Of a stretch of 64,000 bases of DNA, positions 25,191 to 37,695 are shown in pieces. The DNA is from Lama glama (taxonomy: Eukaryota): contig CM052818.1 in NCBI GenBank assembly GCA_028534125.1, positions 31,684,001-31,748,000 on the forward strand. Reading direction: 5' to 3'. Made by a program: the position numbers and the translations under genes. The first letter of the stretch is position 1. Each line of letters begins with the position of its first letter. Below the pieces are notes generated by a model. The model had not been told where the DNA came from and did no database searches. It saw nothing but the letters and a program-made list of their open reading frames with translations.

Positions 25191-27279
25191 TCTATTCGTT
25201 GAGGTAGTAATCTGTGTTAGATGAAAGTCATCTGAATAATTAAGGTAGAATAGAGGGAGAGATTGAGAACGCAGTGAAGAGGTAAGTAGGAGGGTCAGGA
25301 AGACCTGGTGTGGAAAAAAAGTTCTCATTTTAACTGGGTTTAGTCACAGGCAAGTCTCTGTTGTGGAAGGAAAAGAGTAAGGGTGAGAATCGTTGGGAAG
25401 AATCCTCTAAGAGGAATGAAGTATGTGAAGGCATGGTCAAATGTCTGGATCTCTGGTTCTAGCAGTAAAAATGTCTGACTGAGGAGAGGGAATTGTTTTT
25501 TAGCAAAAAGGTAAAGATTTTAAGTGAGGAACTGTCAAGAGAGAAAGAGAGCCTAAACTATGGCAAAAGCAATGAAAATGAGAGAAATATATACACTCTT
25601 AGATTTCTGTATGAGAAAGCAAGGATACTGAGTCCCAGACATTGCTCTTTTGACAACATCACTCAACTGGATGGGTAACAAATGTCATTCTTACTGTGAA
25701 CAATGTCCTGCAGTTTCACACTGCTTTTCTAAGCATCATCTCATCGTATCTGCATACCAGCCTCAGGAAGTAGGTGGAGTTGATGTGATGAATCCCATTG
25801 AACCAATGTAGAATGGAAGGCTTAGAGAGCCTTGCTGACTTAATTCATGTCACAGTGCTGGCTGGAACTCCTCCTGTTACAGCTTCTGTCTTGAAGGTGA
25901 GACTTTGGACTGAATTGTTAATATCAGGTGTGTTTAGAGATGATGTGCCTGAGAAGGCCTGTGCCTGTTTGCAGACTGTACAATAAGACAGGAGAGACCT
26001 GACAAAGAATGTCCAGAGTACAGTAGTAGGTTGGAGAGCAATCTCAGTCAATGAAATGTTAGAACAATTTAATATTAGACTAACAATAGAACTGTGAGTT
26101 CCCTTAAGTCTTAATGTCTTCCAGTTGCACAGCTGGGGCAATTGGCCAAGGAAACTTTTGATTAGCTAGAGCTTTATGGGATAAAACATTTCCTATGACA
26201 GTGCTCTTTTTTTTTTTTTAAATGAAAGAGGAAAGAAATGATTCTCAAAAGGGAAGAGGGTAGTTACAAAAAGAAGCATTTTTTTCTTTCCCCTCTTTAG
26301 TAGATGTTCTTGTGTTAAATGATGTTGAATCTTAATACCACATTATCAATCTTATCACAACATGAAACATGAAAGGTTTTGTTTTGAGTGGCAGATCAAC
26401 AGTTTTCTTAGTCTATATGGAAAGACTTAAGAATCCAGTCTCTGGCCTTAGACTGCCTGGGTTCAAATCTTGGCTATACCACTTGCTAGCTGTAAGACTT
26501 TGGGCAATATGGTTTATCATTCTGTGCCTTAGATTTGTTCCTACTTTATAGGCATATTTGAGTATGAGCTGATGTCAGTAGAAAGCACTTAGCATGTTTT
26601 AATTTTTTAAAAGCCCTTTTATTTCATTTTTATTACAACCCTATGAAACATGTAGGGTCGGGATTACTGTTGCTTTTTTTGACAGAGACGGAAGCTGCAG
26701 CCCAAAAAGATTAGGTAATTTGTGAAAGTCCATAGCACTAATAAAGGACAAGTCTCCTGGATGCCAGTTCAGGCTGCTTCTCACCAGGACACTTTCTAGA
26801 GAGATGGTGGAATTGGGAATTATTCCTGGGGAGTGAAAAATTGGGTATGGTAGGGGGTCTTAGCCCCTCTCTCCTATTCTTTCTGGTCTGAAGTTTGTCT
26901 TCACTGGGCTCTAGATGTTAAATATGGGTCTGAACACCAGCTGAGGCTCTACAAATTAGATTGTTGTGTTTCAAATCCTACTTACTGATTTTATAAATGA
27001 AGACTATTTTTATTGATTTATTCTTGGGGTTGTTTTGTGTGCATTTTATTCTCAAGTTTTAACTGATAAGAGCTGGAGTCCATTCTGATCTTTTAATAAA
27101 TATTTGTTGAGTATGTACCCTGTAACAGGATATGGGCTAAGGGATTTCACATATATTTTCTCATTTAATCCTCTGACCAGCACTATACATTATGGTAAGT
27201 TGTCTCCATTTTACAAAAAAGGAAATAGAAGCTTACAGATGTTGAGTAATGTACTCAAACCTAATAGGACCATCACAAG

Positions 27280-28210
27280 AAAGGAAAACTTTTGGTAAAT
27301 CTCTCTTGGATAATGATACAAAAATTCTAACGAAATATTAGCAAACTGGTGCAGCAATATATAGGGAAGATAATATATCATGACCAAGTTGGATTTATAT
27401 AGGAAATCAAGGTTGGTTTAACATTCAGAAATTAGTCAGTGTAGGGGGAATGGTATATAACTCAAGTGGTAGAAGGCATGCTTAGCTTACACAAGGTCCT
27501 GGGTTCAATCCCTAGTACCACCTCTAAAAATAAATAAGTAAACCTAATTACGTCCCCCACAGAATTATAATAAATAAATAAAAATTTAAAAAATAAAAAA
27601 AATTTGTCAATGCGATTTACCAAATTAACACAGTAATGGAGAAAAGTCATATGATCAGTTCAGTAGATGAAGTACAACGTTTGATAAAGTTCAGTGCCCA
27701 TTCATGATTAAAAAAACTCAAAAATCTCTTAGCCAACTAGGAGTAAAAGGAAACCTCCTTATTCAGATGATAAGAATTTGCCAAAAAATAATAAAAATCT
27801 ACAGTAAGCATAATTAAATGGTGACATTTTGAAAGTTTTCCTGAAAGGTCAGGAAGGAGACAATAATGCCCCCAATTCTCCTTCTCTCTTACATTGTACT
27901 GAAAGTCCTACCCATGGAAATAAGTCAAGAAAAAAAAGAGGCAAAGTGAATGGAAAGGAAGAAATAAAGCTCTTATTATTTGCAGATCACATGATTGTGT
28001 ACACAAAGTTCAGAAGATTCCACAGATGAGGGATTTGAATTATTAGGTGAAATTGGTAAGGTCACTGGATACAAGGTCAATGGTCAATAGCAACAAACAA
28101 TTAGAAAAGGGAAATTTAAAAAATATACTGTTTTTATTATTTTGCAGTAATGTCAAGAACATCATGTATTAGGAATAAGTTTAAAGACAGACATGCAAAA
28201 CTTCTATGTT
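27280..28210 (+). mobile_element. decayed L1 ORF2 reverse-transcriptase fragment
   Basis: CATGACCAAGTTGGATTTAT...GGTTGGTTTAACATTCAGAAA; ORF 27829 contains KEEIKLLLFADHMIVY (the FADD motif). Confidence 0.88.
27444..27600 (+). mobile_element. tRNA-derived camelid SINE (Vic-1-like) inserted in the L1
   Basis: A box TAACTCAAGTGG, B box GGTTCAATCCC, body AAATAAATAAGTAAACCTAATTAC.TCCCCC, A-rich tail; degenerate TSD AAATTAGTCAGTGTA / AAATTTGTCAATGCG. Confidence 0.85.
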
Positions 28211-29394
28211 GGGTCTCCCTCTTCAATATATAGAATTTCACTTCATACCACTGTTTTCACTGAGGTACCTGATCCTTATTTTCTGGTAAGTCCGGTGTAC
28301 TCAAGAGAGAGCCTGTTTAGTTCTGTTAAACTAATGTCAAAACCTCTAGTCTTCTCCCTAAGTAGAGAGATGTAGTCACTTGGAAACTTGAGAGTGGGGC
28401 TCTTAGCTGCTTTTAACCTTCTTATTTTCAGCCCCATTCCTTACTGCAGCCATTTAAGTTTTCTGGTTCCTCAAAATTCTGAGCTTTTCTGTGGGGGTTC
28501 TGAGGTACAAATTGGTTTACTTCTTTATGACTTCCCTCTCTTCATGGTTAGTTTTCAGCTTTGCTTCATTTCAACTCTCTCTGTATTTAATTAAGTCAGC
28601 TATCACTTCTGTTTTCCAATGTCTTGTTGATATCTTTTGTCTGCTGTCATCCTGTCTCCCCTCTTTGTCCTTATGGAGCCACACTTAAAAAAATTCTTTT
28701 ATTGTCATTTTACTAGGGTTGGAGGAGGAAGCAGAGATAAATGCATGAGTTTATTCTGCTATGTTTAACCAGAAGTTCCCATGAAATTATAAAAAGCAAA
28801 GTCACTTTGTAGTGTTTGTTGTGCTTGATTCCTGTACAAGCCACTTCACACCTGTCGTCCCATACCCTGCCTGCTTCCACAGTTCTCTTGGCTGCTTTTG
28901 AGTTTGCGACCGTGACACTGTGTCTAAGGCCTTTGAGTTTGTTGCTGGACTAGGTTATTGCTGTGGCCCAATCCAGCCTTGAAAGCCCATATTCACTTTG
29001 CACCCCAATCATGTTTTACACCATGAGGATCTGGGGTTGAATGACAATAAGGGGACTGAAATCCTTAAGTCCTCATTCCCCCAGTTCATTAGGTTGTCTT
29101 TTGAGGCTTGAAAGAACTCAGATCAGCTTGAACAGTGCTATTAATTAAAACATATTCTAATTGACTGGATAATCCCAAGGTAGCTTAAATTTAAGGGAGT
29201 GAAGAGGTAAAGGAAATGGGGTAGATGCAGAAATCTAGAGAGAAAATCCTCTTTCTTCTTTTCTCAGGCTCATCCCAACTCCAAGTACCTGATAAAAAAG
29301 ATTTCCTTATCCTGTTACTTGCTGAGTGAATGGCTCTCTTTTGTACCCGATCCTTGCCTTTCTTCTTCCCCTAAACATCTACAGTGTCTCCTAA

Positions 29395-29640
29395 CTGTGT
29401 GGCAGTGGAATGCAGTGACCAAGTGTGGAAATTATGCTTCCACCCCTTACCAGCTCTGTGAACTTGGGCAAGTCATTTAACCTCTTTGTGCCTCAGTTTC
29501 CTCATCTTCAAACTGAAGCAGTAATAATGCCCACCTCGTATGTTTTTTTTTTGTGAGAATTAAACATAGTATGTAAAAGTATTCAGAACTGTACCAGCCA
29601 CATATTAAGCACGCACTACATAGCTATTATTATTATTATG
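29395..29640 (+). mobile_element. MIR SINE
   Basis: core CTTACCAGCTCTGTGAACTTGGGCAAGTCATTTAACCTCTTTGTGCCTCAGTTTCCTCATC. Confidence 0.9.
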
Positions 29641-30309
29641 TGCTTTTCTCTGCAAATGAAGTTGAGAGATGTGATCATCGCACTCAAGAGCTCACCATCT
29701 ATATGAATAGGCAAGACAAACTAGTATTTGAGTACATAGGATGCTATAGGGCAAAGAGGGACAGTCACAACTCAGTGGGGATTGGTGACTGGTGTTTGTG
29801 GGAAGTGAGTGTGGAGGGGACAAACGGGAAATTATCCTAGAACAGGTGGTGATCCTTGAGTTGAGCCACAGGGGGAAGAGTGTGAGTTAGCCATCATTAG
29901 AATGTAAGAATCGTGAAAGCAAGAACTTACCCTTGATACCTAGAACAGGACCAGCCACATAGTAGGTGCTCATTAAATATTTGTGGAATAAATGGATGAG
30001 TGATTAACTAGAAGGGTGGGCCAGGTTAGTAAAGAATTCCAGACAGAAGAAGCAGTGTATGGGAAAGTACAGGGTTCAGAGAGAGCATGACATCCAGTTG
30101 AGGGGAGTGTGAGGGCACAGTAGGACACGAGCTCAGGATCTGTGTCAGAGAGTAGAAGCAGAGAGGAAACAGGCCCAGGACCAGTGAGAATGTGGAAGAT
30201 GCAATTCATGGAACACAAAACTCATAAACTCGTTTTAGTGTCATGTGGGCCCCATACCCTCATTTTCTTAGACACAGTGTCACAGTCGCAATAAGAATCC
30301 AAAGTAGTA

Positions 30310-30545
30310 TTTATCAAGTTTACATTTTTATAATGCTTTCCACCCTACAAAGCAGCAAAACATTTTCATATGTATTAATTCACTTAAGAATCACCTTGTG
30401 AAGTTGGCGATATCCACATTTTACATATAGGAAAACTGAGGCTCAGAGAGGTTATGGGATTTACCAAGGTTACTCAACTGGTAAGTTGCAAACCTGGGAT
30501 TCAAACTAGGACCTTGGACTTTAGGTCCAGTACTCTTTCTCTTCA
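30310..30545 (-). mobile_element. MIR SINE
   Basis: CATTTTACATATAGGAAAACTGAGGCTCAGAGAGGTTATGGGATTTACCAAGGTTACTCAACTGGTAAGT. Confidence 0.88.
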
Positions 30546-31267
30546 TAGCAATGGTCACATTGACTTGCATTTCTTTGGAGAGTGTAATACTTCACTGTTG
30601 TTTTTGCAGAAACGTAAATTTATAGGATACTGAATAGTTTTAAAATAAACATCCATGTAACTATCACCTCGGTTTAGCAATAGAAACATTACCAGCCATC
30701 CTAGAAGGTCTTATGTCCTCCACCCTAGTCTCAACCCCCTTCCTCCCTCTAGAGGTAATCACTGTCCTGACTGGTATGGTAATAACTTGGTTGCTTTTCT
30801 TTCTACTTGTAGCACCTATGAATGCAGGCTTGGTTTTTGATCAAATAGTCGTTTCTAATCTGTGCATTTTTCATTAGCCTGTAAATGGTTATTCCTTTGT
30901 TAAATGTTTAGTGAGCATCTCCTAAGAGTCTAGCAGTCAGGCTCTGAAGAGCTAGATATAAAAATAGGCCCTGTCTTCGGGTTGGAACAACTTTACAGTC
31001 ACTGCTTTGGTAATTGGTAAGATTTTTAATTAGAAATAAACAATTACAACAGCAACAGTGGCCCACAGTAGCTCTGGGATGCAAACACTTGATGTCATTT
31101 GACTTTTCACAGAAGTGCCTTCACCCCTTCTGACTAGGTTGTCCTCTGTTCTGTGATGGATAGCAAAACAGCCAGAACACCAGCTCCTTATTTTGACCAT
31201 TTGCTATCTATTCTGTTGGCATTTGGAATTTGTGGTATTGTTCACCTTCAGAAATGAATTTATTGTC

Positions 31268-31577
31268 CAGTGTTTCTCAAATTTGAAAATTCATAGCCTC
31301 CTGAGGATACATCTGCACATTTCCAGCTTCAGAGATCCTTCACTAGAAGTTAAATGCTTGTAGTTATAGGTAATCACTTACTGTCAGTATGTCAATGCCC
31401 AGTTATAACACTAATATTGAAATCTCATGACAATATTCAGTGGCCCTCCATGAGATACAGAATAAACTTAGATTAAGTTGTTAAAATTATCATGAAAAGT
31501 GGAAAAAGAAAAAAATCCTTACAGAGAGCTTTAAATTCCTGAGGCTATCTCTGCAGGCCCCAGTTTGAGAAACATTG
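31268..31577. mobile_element. hAT-Charlie-type MITE
   Basis: terminal inverted repeats CAGTGTTTCTCAAA ... TTTGAGAAACATTG (13/14 match). Confidence 0.7.
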
Positions 31578-32213
31578 ATGTACTTTGTCAAAGGAAAGGC
31601 ATGAAATCCCGTGCTGGTTGGAATTATAGATAAACCCATGGCCCGTCTGCTTTTGGATATCTGCATCTGAGTATCTTCAAAGTAGATTTACCTTCAAGAT
31701 ATGTTTAAGTTACATTCTTGTAACACTTATTGACTCCAGGGGAAACTGCTAAGCACAGAGGGTGGATGACTCAGAGTTTCAAGTTATTCCTGGGTAATCT
31801 ATGAGTAATCAATAGCAAACTAAGTCAAGAGACCCGTCTTTGGATCCCCACCAGGTTTTATTCTAAATTCCCATTGAAGAACTGGGGGGAGATCTGTTTT
31901 TCCAGTCTGGTTGCCTGTTAAATCAGATGCTTCAGTTTTTGCTCTGTTTGTTATTTCTCTGACCATCAGCCCCAATGGATTAAACAGTTTACTGTGCCAG
32001 TTTGACCTATGTCTGTTCTAACATATGGAGCAGAGTTAATGAGCTTGTTGTGATTACCAGCAGGATCCTACCCAGAGAGTCAAGGAATTTCAGAACAGAA
32101 TAGAAAAGAACTAACATTGATTAACTGGACTGTTGCAGCAGCCTCCTAACTTGTTTCCCTGTTGTCACTCTTCATCTGCTCTAATCCATTTTCCACACAC
32201 ATCATAGTTGCCT

Positions 32214-32571
32214 TGTGTCAGGTTCCCTAGAGGCAGAACCTGAGCTGAGGTTTGGGGATGCTAGGGCAAGAGCTTTCTTGAGGGAGTGTTCTCCCAAGAA
32301 GAATGAAGGAAGCAGGATATGGAAGGAAGAAAAATGTAAGGAGATGGTCTCAGCTTGATCCTGTGAGATGCTGTAGAGTAGAAAGATTTGGCAAAGGGGC
32401 CAAACCTTTGTACCCCATGTCAACCCCTCTCTGGCTAGTGGAGAGTGGGCCAAAGGCAGTTCTTCAAAGAAGAGGGGCAGCTGTGGGCATTAGCCAGTAC
32501 TCGCAACAGTGGGGGATGGGTGCTGTGTTAGAAAAGATGATCTGGGCTGGGCAACAGCTGTGCATGTGACA
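32214..32571 (-). mobile_element. ERVL solo LTR (LTR16-like)
   Basis: TGTGTCAGGTTCCCTAGAGGCAGAACCTGAG...GAGGGAGTGTTCTCCCAAGAA...GAGGGGCAGCTGTGGGCATTAGC. Confidence 0.7.
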
Positions 32572-35067
32572 CTAGGTAAACTTTAAAATGCTAGTTTGAT
32601 GTTGACAGCTGGTAAATTGACTTGCTTGGAGCACATATCTAGTGCTTTGCACATACTGCCTGCATCCCTTAAAGTTTAGCCTAGCTTATGTGGTATTTGT
32701 TGATTTCCCCAAGGTCAAATAGCTTTTGGTTAAAATGCTTCATTTGAGATTAAGTTATTTTGGGTGGAGCAAAAACAACAACAGAAACCCTCAGAACATT
32801 CCTCATAATTCAGGCAGGCTTGGTGGTAAGGTCCTCGGGGACTGGCTTGGCCCTGTTGGAACTGACTAGTTACAGCACAATCTAGTGAGGAGGGTAGCCT
32901 GTAATATCCAAAAAATTCTAATCCAGTGAGTTGGACACAACATTGGGGTCTAGAAAATGGCATTCTTACAGTCATGTAGGTAACAGTAATTCTGGAATAG
33001 GACAAAAAGGGCCCAAGCATCCCCCCAATTCCTTGACCTGTGTCAGCACAACTTACCTAGACCCTAACCACTGAGGGCAGTGGGACTTCTGATATGCCCT
33101 TGTCTTAGTCATCATTGGCTTGGGTGCTGTGTGGCGCTAGTCCTTAAAGACTTTGTTGAACAGGGCTGGGTAAGGCAGAGGCTAACGGAACTAAACTTTG
33201 ATTCAAATCTTTAGTAAAGGAAAGTATTTCCAATTTAAGAAACTCAAATGAAGAGCTGGGTCCCAAGGGGAACTGTATTATTTGTTGAAAACTAGTTGTT
33301 GCTTCATTTTGGTGAGAAGTAAGCTTTTCCCTGAAGTCGCTGGATGGTTTGATGATCTTATAGCAATTATAGATACAGTCTGGAATCTAGTACCAGATGA
33401 AAGGAGCTGTCCCTGCGGATTGTATCCCTGTGTGCTCTGTTGACGGGCAAATATGACACAGAGAATTTTAAGCATAGTGATTGCTCAGCCAGCTAGATTA
33501 AATCATATTTCTGAAAGCTGTTTTCTTTCAGAGCTAATAGTTTTGTTCCTGACTCATTCTGATCAGCAGAGCATTGAGTTGTAAGGAACAGATTGGAAAT
33601 TATTTTATTGATTTTTTTTTTCTTTTTTATTTACCAAAGGTGAGGGTGAATTTCTCTTCTCTGAGTGTTGTTCAGCTGTGAGTAAAGCAAAGGACATTAG
33701 GAGGTTTGGGTAGAGTTGATTTGGAACCATCACAGCCTGACTTCGCTGCCCTGGTGCATAAACACTCAGGAAACTGCATTGTGGAGCAAAAGAGCAGCTT
33801 CACTCTACTGTCTAAAGGACAAAGTCAGCTTTTCTTTATGGCCCTGGCTGCAGTGGCCATTGGGAGAGCTCAAAATCCTGGGTAAGCAGTGCCCAGCAGA
33901 GGTCTCAGAGCCTCACCAAGCCCTGGAGGTCATAGTGTGGGACAGCAAAGGCCGCTCTCTTGGCTCAAATTCTTTGCGAATTGTCTGATTCAGAGTCTTC
34001 CTTTCCTCCCTGGTGTCCAGTCTTCTATCAGGAGGGAGAATAAGAAGAGTTGATTTCTGTCGAGTCTAAGAGAAAGAGCTTTTCTAACTACTTATAAGAG
34101 GGAAATGTTGAGTGAGAAACAGTTAACAGTAGAAAGTCATGTTTAGGATGTCTTCACATGGCCCTTTCTACCTTTTGTTCCCCTAAGTGATTTCTAAAGT
34201 TATGCGAAGTGAAAACTTCTATGTACACTATTAGCAAACAATAATGTTCTAAGTAGCTTTACATGCATTACTTCATTTAATCCTCTAAATAACTCTGTGA
34301 ATTGAGTTATTACAACTGCCTCCAGTTTACATAGCGAAAAAGTGTTGAAGCTGGAATTCAAACAGAGGCTTATCTCCTGAGACTTGAGGGTCTGCGCTCT
34401 TTACCATAGAGCGGCACCACTTCCCAGCTCACTGAGAGTGAAGACATACATAATCACTGAGCCTGTAGTGGGGGCCTGGCTTCATGGTACAGTGGCACCT
34501 TGCTGTCCCAGCCAGAGTCTTATTGTGGGGTCACTGCAGTGATCAGAATAGGCTGTCAGAGCCAGGCAACCCCACCGAGGTACACCAGTTCATTTCTCAC
34601 TATACTGCCCTCTATGACATGCCCCATTCATTGAGAACAGGTGGTGGAAGACAATTCTTAAACGTAAGAGAAAGATGCACATTGGCCTGCAAGGAGTATT
34701 TCATTGTCATGATAGAAGGAAGACAATTTATTATCTTTTTGAACTTGTGGGTTAACTCTTGCCTCACATTGACCCAAACTATGTGAATAGATTTTTAATT
34801 GTAGTTGCTTAGATCTCAGAGTTTTGGCAGTGTTAGAAACCCTGGAACTAGTGTTGAAATAAGAATCCTGCTTTGCATCCTCTAGAGGCTCAGACCACAG
34901 ACAGCTTAAGAAAAGTTCTTCTGTGCTATAAACATGTTAAGATGTTACTGATGTACGGCATTAAGATGAATCAGTATCCTAGTAACTTGTATGTGTTTGT
35001 GTGGCCTGTTAAGTTGATAAGCACCACCCATGCCTCACATACAGGTAGAGACATAAAGGTAATAAAG

Positions 35068-35237
35068 CAGTAGTTCTCAACCCTGGATGTTCATTAGAGT
35101 CCCTTGTAAAGCATAGCAGTGCTGGGGCCCTACCCCAGACCAATTGAAACAGCATCTCCAGGTGTGAGGTGCAAGCATCACTAGGTTTTCAAAGTTCTCC
35201 AGGTGATTCTAATATATCCAGGGCTGAGAACCACCAG
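35068..35237. mobile_element. MER5A hAT MITE
   Basis: CAGTAGTTCTCAACCCTGG...CTCCAGGTGATTCTAAT...GGGCTGAGAACCACC. Confidence 0.85.
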
Positions 35238-37454
35238 AGGAATGCTAAGTAAACTGTGAAAACTGTGATGATAAACTATGTCCCAAGTAAACTATGATAC
35301 ATGTGGGAGCTTGAGCATTAGTGTGCAATTCAGTTGGCTAGTCAGGAAGAGGTCTTGGTGGTGGCAGAGGGGTTGCCCACAATGATGGCTTTGTGGAAGA
35401 GAGGTAAGGGAAAGATAGAGAGTGAAGGATAAAATGATCCTCTGGCAGACAGTGCCACAGCGGCTTTGAACTCTGGTGGAATAACTAGCCAAGACTGTGC
35501 AGGGGGTGGAGTCAGGTAGCTATGGTCCTAGCTGCGTGGTGGTATTGGTGTTATTGTGTGAAGATTTGGGGTGAAGGGTGTAGGTACCAATGCTGTAGCA
35601 GCTGTTAGAATTATGGCAGCCTTATTGAGCAAGATTGCAGGCCTTGGAGACATATAGGGCAGTGGTGCCAGGCCCAGGCCAAAAGCAGTGGACATGGAGC
35701 TAGGAAGAAGTCCAGGCCTCACAGGCTTCCAGATGAGTCAGGTGTAAAGGTTTCTGTCTTACCAGAGTCTCTGTTGGATACTGCCTTTTGACATTTATGA
35801 CATAACCTACTTTAGGAAAGCATTTCTTAGGAGCATTTAAAACTGTGTGTGTGCAAGTTTATATAGTGATAGTGAAGTGAGGATATTATAGAGGATGTGA
35901 TTATTCAAAATGTTTGTTTGTGTGCTCGTCATAATTTATTTATGTGCCAACTCCCTGTCCAACGTTCTCAACCCAACAAGAATAACAATGCATTGTAATT
36001 AGCCTAAGAATTTAAGCCTAGGAGGAGGCAGAAGTTTGGAGACTCCTAGAAGGGAAACAGGAGGAAAAAAAAGTCCCTGAACTTAGACCTTGTGTCTTAC
36101 AGAATCCTGGCTTATTCAAGCAGTTACAGAGGAGCAGAACTGAGTGCAGAGATGTGGCTCAGCCCATTCTGCATTCTGCATGTGAATGGAGACTATCCAT
36201 TCAAGTACTTGCTGTGCTTGGCAACTTCCAGGTCTGAGGCCCAGAGAAGCTAAGGCATGACCCATTGTCTTTTCATGATTTGGTCCCATCTCCCATCACC
36301 ATATCACTATTGCTCAGTGGATATCACTTAATGGACTCTAGTCTCTCCCCTCAAGGAGCCCACAATCAGGTAAAGTGGATAGATGTGCACAACCATCCAT
36401 AGGACAATGCACAAGGTAATACTTCTGTCTGCATCCTCACAGTGTTGTTATGAGAAGCAGTTAGCTAACATAAGTATAATACGCAATAACAGTTAAGGTG
36501 TTAGTATTACCAAAATTCAGGATATTAAGCTATATTTCAGCTGTATTGCCATATTTTTCATGTCAGAACCTGATGTTTAGTGCAAAATCACCTACACTTT
36601 AGAAATGAGGTGAAGCCTGAAGGAACAGGAGGTTCTTGAGCATTATGCCAAGAGGATGTCATTATAATATTTATACATCTTCTGGTTTAAACTAGCTTCT
36701 TAATTAGAGTCTTCTTCTCTGCCTCCCTCCTCCAAGCAAAATGATAAGATCAATTTTGACATATGTAAGAACTTCTGCAGTGCAGATTATTCTGGAGAGA
36801 TAAAACAAAACATGATTTGCAAATGCTATCAAGGAAATGTTTGTTTCCAAAGGCTGCAAGCAGAACAGAGCACATACTGGTGTGTGTGTGAAAACTGTCT
36901 TGTAGTTGTATTTGGCTGTGAATGAGAGGAACATGGTGATGAGTTTGCCAGGAACTTTACCCATGTTCTCCACCCAGATATTTTTCTACAATGCTTTTAT
37001 GATCCCAGCATTGTCACCTTGATATCCTCAAGAAATCAAATATTCCAGGGAACGAAATTCCTATGCCTCTGTCTACCATCATTGTAGACAGGATGACACC
37101 TGGATATCAGGACATACCTTGGCCAAGCTCTCCCAAGAGTTCTCTCTTCTTGGATGTCTCGCTGAGTAGCCTTAACAGCATCCTTAAAGGAGATGTTTAA
37201 ATTATGAAGACCATTTCATTTTCCCTGCAGGCTCTTTTTGAGGGAATTTCTTCACAGTCTTACTGAGTGGGAAATGGCACTGGAGTAAAGGAGAAACAAT
37301 GATGCTTTTATTTCACAGCACTTACACATAGATGGACAATATGTGGGGAAAAGAATCATTGCCTTGGTGACAACATCTCAACCAGTGTTGTGCAGCAGTA
37401 CTGAAACGGGAACCAGATACAATGGCAGAACAATTTTGCTATGAAACACAAGAG

Positions 37455-37695
37455 AAGCAGAATAGTGTAGTGGATAGCAGCATAGATTTTGAAGTCTGAC
37501 AAAACTGGGTCTGTCATTTACTAATTGGATGAGTTTGGATTCGGTATTTAACCTCTCTAGGTCTGAGTTTCCTTAGCTGTAAAATGGGGAATAAATAATG
37601 GTACTTACGTCGTAGAGTTTTTGTGAGGATTAAGTGTAATAATGCATAGAAGGGGCTTTAGCCCGGGGTGTAGTGCATTGTAAACACTTGACACA
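37455..37695 (+). mobile_element. MIR SINE
   Basis: TTTAACCTCTCTAGGTCTGAGTTTCCTTAGCTGTAAAATGGGGAATA...TTGTGAGGATTAAGTG. Confidence 0.82.

Noticed and set aside
27444..27520. tRNA gene
   Set aside because: The A/B boxes belong to a SINE head followed by a SINE body, an A-rich tail and a TSD.
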